Source: Bacteriovoracaceae bacterium
Lineage (GTDB): Bacteria; Bdellovibrionota; Bacteriovoracia; Bacteriovoracales; Bacteriovoracaceae
Direction: 5' to 3'
Length of the DNA: 64,000 nt
NCBI GenBank assembly: GCA_965217035.1
Contig: OZ244226.1
Span: forward strand, 2,524,146 to 2,588,145
Shown here: positions 60,103 to 64,000 of the stretch, in pieces
Layout of the letters: each line of letters starts with the position of its first letter
How positions within the stretch are numbered: position 1 is the stretch's first letter
Translations under genes and position numbers: made by a program
The notes under the pieces: generated by a model
What the model was told of the DNA's origin: nothing
Seen by the model: the letters and a program-made list of their open reading frames with translations, nothing else
Databases searched by the model: none

Positions 60103-60732
60103 ATGAGAATCTTACTTATTTCGCTTATAACAGTCTCTTTCAGTATTCAAGCTCAGAACTCTGATCCATTTGATCGTATTTTTAACCAAATGGAAAAACA
60201 AGTAGAAGAGATGATGAAAAAGTTTGGGGCTGATCCAGGCATGCGAGATCTTTTTGATGATGATTTTAGTCATTTTGGAATGAGCCATTCAGCCTTTGAT
60301 TATCATTATAATCAAGGAGAGAAGGGGCGAACTCTTATCCTAAAGCCTCATACCAAAGAAAATAATTTTAAAATTACAATTAAAGATAATTCCGTACAGA
60401 TCTCTGGAGAAGTTAAAACTGAAAAAGTAGAGAAATCTCAATATGGAGAATCAAAATCAGTTTCGATTCAATCTGTTAATCAAAGCTTGCCTGTTCCAAA
60501 AGATACTGATGGTGGAAAAAATAAGATTACTTCGAAAAAAGTTGGAGAAGTTGAAGAGATTCATATTTTCTTCCCTTATAAAAAAGGGAAACCATCCGAT
60601 CCCGGTTTTCTTCCTGAGTCTCGTGGTTTTGCAAAAAAAGATAAAAGAATCCGAAAAAAAAATCTGAAGAAGTATAACGATGATGGAACAATTCCACTTT
60701 TCAAAGATGGTGGACCTTCAGAGACGATTTAA
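60103..60732 (+). CDS. Exported protein with an Hsp20/alpha-crystallin-like domain
   Basis: Signal; Phe/Met-rich N-arm; KITIKDNSVQISGE...QSLPVP. Confidence 0.55.
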   Translation: MRILLISLITVSFSIQAQNSDPFDRIFNQMEKQVEEMMKKFGADPGMRDLFDDDFSHFGMSHSAFDYHYNQGEKGRTLILKPHTKENNFKITIKDNSVQISGEVKTEKVEKSQYGESKSVSIQSVNQSLPVPKDTDGGKNKITSKKVGEVEEIHIFFPYKKGKPSDPGFLPESRGFAKKDKRIRKKNLKKYNDDGTIPLFKDGGPSETI

Positions 60733-60811
60733 CGAGAGAAGATAAAGCTGATCTTTATTCTCGGATAAACAAAAAGCTAAGAGAAATTGACCATTTAGAC
60801 GATAAAGAAGC

Positions 60812-62191
60812 ATGAAGTTTCTCTCTCTTTTCTTTCTTTTTATTTTTACACATCTTAGTTTTGCTCAAGATCTTGAAGAAATTCAAAGAATTTATAACAG
60901 CTACTTGGCGGGAGAAGAGATTTCTCGTTCGGACTCTCAAAAGTTTCAGAAACTTTTAAAAACTTTTTATTCAGGAAATGAGGAAAAATCTCTTGAAGCT
61001 GAAACCAAACTTCTTGAAGCTTTAAGTCAGGCTGAACGTTTTAAGCAAGATGCTTATTTGGGAAGTCAACTCACTGAATACTATTTTGGACTTGTTCAGC
61101 TAGAAGATACTGTTGAAAAATTTAAGAACTATGTTTTACCTCTCACTGATTTAGTTGAGCCAGGTCTGGGAGTTATTGAAAGTGTACCAATCCCTGAGTT
61201 TCCAATGTTCTATAATGTTGCGACTCATAGTATGCAACCCAATCCTCAATTCATTGCAAGCCAAGCGAACTTTGGGCTTAATGCTCTTGAAGTTGGCTTA
61301 AAAATTGGAATTAGAATGGTTATTGATTCTGAAATTGAAGGAATTAAAGCAACTCCAGGAACAGGACTTCTTCCCAATGATGTCGAGTTGAAAACCTTGC
61401 AAGATTTTTTAAAAGCAATTGACCTCCACATTGCTGCCGAGATCAGTGGAGATGCCAAATATAGAAAGCTGGTTCAAACTGATGTTGCGACCAAGTTTTT
61501 AAGATTCTCAAGACAACTGGAAGGACTTAGAAAAACACCATCAGGAGTTACAACCGTTTTTCATTGGGAGTCGAGTGTTCAGAATTGGCTTTCCCTCTAT
61601 TATTCTGATGAAATGATTGATAGTTTTTATAAATCACTTGATGAGATTAAAGATATTGCTTTGGAACAATCTAAGAATACAGATAATCTCGCCAAAGAAT
61701 TGAACTCAACGCTCAGTCGGCTTGCAGACTTTAAAAAGGCAAAACAGGCATCAAAGAGTATTCCTCGAACGGGATTATTGACGAATATTGTTTCGACTTC
61801 TTTGAAAGTTGGAAGTCGTGTCGCTCCAGTTGACGTGGCTTTTCAATCTGTCGAGCTTTTAAATTATTATGCTAATAAAACAGCTACAAACAACCCGAAC
61901 TCAGATGTTGCTAAGTTTGCGAAACAAGTGATGACTTTTACAAGTAATGCCACTGAACAAACCGCCCAGCATTCGATTGGAAATGTGATGTATTTAACGG
62001 CTGCTGTTGATAATGTTATTTTGAACTCTGTTGATGGAGCGAAAGACTTCTTTAAAAACCCAACACAAATCGGAGAATTTACTAAGAATATCACCAAGGG
62101 GTTATTCGATAATGTGAAAATCCTTTGTAATAACTTTACGAAACCAACAACTAAAATCAAAAATCTTTTTAGAATCGGACGCCGGAATTAA
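60812..62191 (+). CDS. Secreted helical hypothetical protein
   Basis: Signal ending LSFA. Confidence 0.75.
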   Translation: MKFLSLFFLFIFTHLSFAQDLEEIQRIYNSYLAGEEISRSDSQKFQKLLKTFYSGNEEKSLEAETKLLEALSQAERFKQDAYLGSQLTEYYFGLVQLEDTVEKFKNYVLPLTDLVEPGLGVIESVPIPEFPMFYNVATHSMQPNPQFIASQANFGLNALEVGLKIGIRMVIDSEIEGIKATPGTGLLPNDVELKTLQDFLKAIDLHIAAEISGDAKYRKLVQTDVATKFLRFSRQLEGLRKTPSGVTTVFHWESSVQNWLSLYYSDEMIDSFYKSLDEIKDIALEQSKNTDNLAKELNSTLSRLADFKKAKQASKSIPRTGLLTNIVSTSLKVGSRVAPVDVAFQSVELLNYYANKTATNNPNSDVAKFAKQVMTFTSNATEQTAQHSIGNVMYLTAAVDNVILNSVDGAKDFFKNPTQIGEFTKNITKGLFDNVKILCNNFTKPTTKIKNLFRIGRRN

Positions 62192-63118
62192 TTATTTATT
62201 CCAGTCTGGAATTCGAGAAAGTTCTTCTTGAAACCTCAAAAAGCTCTCAAGTCTCGAAAGAATATATTCTTTATTGGGAATATCTCCATGGAAGTAACAA
62301 CCCTTCGACTCAGGTTGGTGCTTGCAATTATTGAATTGGCATTTTACGAGTAGATTAACAAGATCAGGAAAAAGATGCGGGAGTTCTTCTTGATAGATAT
62401 CTTCGATTGAAAGTGTTCTAATTCCAGGAGAATCGATAATTTCAAAGTCTTTATAATGAATGAGTTCTGCCCAGGTCGTGGTGTGGGCCCCTTTTCCAAC
62501 CTTTGCGAGATCTCCACTTTCAAGATTTACTTCACCATCAGTTAACGCAGAAATAAGTTTGCTTTTTCCAACTCCTGATTGACCGACAAACATAGAAGTT
62601 TTCTCTTGCAAGAGTTTTTTTAAATCATTGAGTGATTGATGGTGCAGATCTATCGCGAGATCAAGTTTAGCGCAAGTCTCATAAATGGGAAGCCCCATCG
62701 AAGCGACTCGATTCTTTTCAAAGTTCAATTCAAACTGATCCTTGAACTGATCAATTTTATTAAAAACAATAACTGCAGGAATCTCCCATTGTTCAGAGCG
62801 GATAAGATAACGATCGAGGAGTCCGCGTTTATACTTTGGCTTTGAGACTGAACAAACAATGACAAGAAGATCTAAGTTCGAAGCAATTGTTTTCTCTTTT
62901 TGCTCCCTAATAATTCGGCGAAAAACACGATTTTCTCGCTCTTCAACGGCCGAGATGATCCATTCTCCTGAGGACTCTTCGAGATCAACATAATCGCCAA
63001 CCACAACTTCTCCCTCTTTAAGGAGGTTGCCCTTAGCAGTCGCCGGAACCACCCTTAAATCGCTCTCAAGCCTGCATTCAAAGGTTCTACGGGCTGATTT
63101 GATCACTCTAGCGCGCAT
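62192..63118 (-). CDS. rsgA: Ribosome small subunit-dependent GTPase A
   Basis: VVGD.V, NKID, GQSGVGKS, GAHTTT, IDSPG, CQFNNCKH...GC; ATG at 63118. Confidence 0.95.
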   Translation of the reverse strand: MRARVIKSARRTFECRLESDLRVVPATAKGNLLKEGEVVVGDYVDLEESSGEWIISAVEERENRVFRRIIREQKEKTIASNLDLLVIVCSVSKPKYKRGLLDRYLIRSEQWEIPAVIVFNKIDQFKDQFELNFEKNRVASMGLPIYETCAKLDLAIDLHHQSLNDLKKLLQEKTSMFVGQSGVGKSKLISALTDGEVNLESGDLAKVGKGAHTTTWAELIHYKDFEIIDSPGIRTLSIEDIYQEELPHLFPDLVNLLVKCQFNNCKHQPESKGCYFHGDIPNKEYILSRLESFLRFQEELSRIPDWNK

Positions 63119-63207
63119 GTAACACCCTAAAATCACAAGGCTGATTCCTAAATATGTTTGACATATCTCGTCTCATTCCTTAATTATACTTTATCTTTTT
63201 AAACTGC

Positions 63208-63284
<77 letters not shown>

Positions 63285-63465
63285 TTTCACTAATCAAACA
63301 AAATTTAATACTAATTCGAGCAAAGTATAACCACTTTACCGTTTTTGATGTTCATCTTTTTTGCAAGTTGTTAATGGTTTTTACTGCTTTAATGTGTTCA
63401 TTGTGTTCAAGGGATTGTTACCGTAGTTTATAAACAAAGCATTTCGGTTCGGAGGATAACCCACT

Positions 63466-64000
63466 ATGCGAGGAAACAAGGTTGGTATATCAAATAGAAC
63501 TTTTGCATTTAACGTTGAGACCGGATTTCCCTATCAAGATTTTGGACTAGCTTGTCAGCAAAATATAATGGAGCTCAACATTCTTATTTGGTTTCTCAAT
63601 GTTTCAAATATGCACGAGAACCTTGCTGGGGAGATTCACCAAGAGCTTCATCAATTTCTTTCTGATGGAAACACATTGATAACCTTTTACAGAGGAAGCG
63701 CAGACTTTGGATTCTCCTGTATCCCTAACGAAGATAAACAACGCTTGTATACTGATAAATTTGAAGGTAGAGAATCAACTTTTCTTAGTACTCCAGAAAA
63801 TGAACACCTTCACTTCTTTAAGAAAAGAAAGTTTAAATACACAGATACAATCTATGTTCCGAAGGGAGAATCATTTAAACCAGTGCTCAAAGCCTTTAAA
63901 TCAGATCGAGGCTTGGTTCTATGGTGGAGGTATAACGGTGGCTTAGTCGTCTTGATACCTCACTATGCTAACTGCTATAAAGACCTCAAGACCATAATAG
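63466..64000 (+). CDS. Hypothetical protein, 3'-truncated by the window edge (not in the ORF track)
   Basis: GGAGG RBS at 63451; ATG at 63466; frame open to 64000 (MRGNKVGISNRTFAFNVETG...YNGGLVVLIPHY...). Confidence 0.75.
   Translation, partial: MRGNKVGISNRTFAFNVETGFPYQDFGLACQQNIMELNILIWFLNVSNMHENLAGEIHQELHQFLSDGNTLITFYRGSADFGFSCIPNEDKQRLYTDKFEGRESTFLSTPENEHLHFFKKRKFKYTDTIYVPKGESFKPVLKAFKSDRGLVLWWRYNGGLVVLIPHYANCYKDLKTII

Noticed and set aside
286..62845. Many 60-126 aa ORFs nested in or antisense to long genes
   Set aside because: No RBS or motifs; shadow ORFs of well-supported genes.
63158..63190. TTGACA...TATACT promoter for tRNA-Arg
   Set aside because: The spacer is 21 nt, too long for a canonical pairing; a promoter is likely here but its elements cannot be fixed.
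63707..63946. 79-aa ORF in the track
   Set aside because: Alternative frame inside the longer RBS-supported ORF starting at 63466.

Overview
AT-rich bacterial chromosomal window. The gene style (many signal-peptide ORFans, MotAB, DsbD, subtilase, sigma54/sigma28-like promoters) suggests a Bdellovibrionota/Bacteriovoracaceae-like predator; this is inference only. Recognisable genes: arginase/agmatinase, aat, two photolyase/cryptochrome genes, tRNA-Leu(TAA), GreA/B-like, chrA, YccA/BI-1, HAD, YoaK, cytochrome c peroxidase, M14 peptidase, HIT, yebC, MipA, asnB/asnC, S8 protease, motAB, RluA-type synthase, dsbD, rsgA and tRNA-Arg(TCT). An accessory region next to tRNA-Leu (~7.9-16.1 kb) holds an ISL3 element, an XRE regulator, secreted ORFans and a thrice-repeated intergenic element. 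The best leads are: (i) a metal-limitation cluster (RcnA-like, Fur/Zur, COG0523, His-rich lipoprotein, TonB receptor) bracketed by TGCAA-N5-TTG(C/T)A boxes and enclosing an iota-class carbonic anhydrase with its own regulator; (ii) a signal-peptide-bearing 932-aa protein with two uracil-DNA-glycosylase-like domains; (iii) an HP0729-like protein with a HEPN-type RxxxxH motif behind a sigma28-like promoter; (iv) three tandem secreted paralogs with a constant N-terminus and a variable C-terminus; (v) an orphan, catalytically eroded NuoCD; (vi) a thioredoxin gene whose apparent start is out of frame across an A9 tract, upstream of a 12x43-aa repeat lipoprotein. All family calls come from motif recognition by eye; no searches were run.
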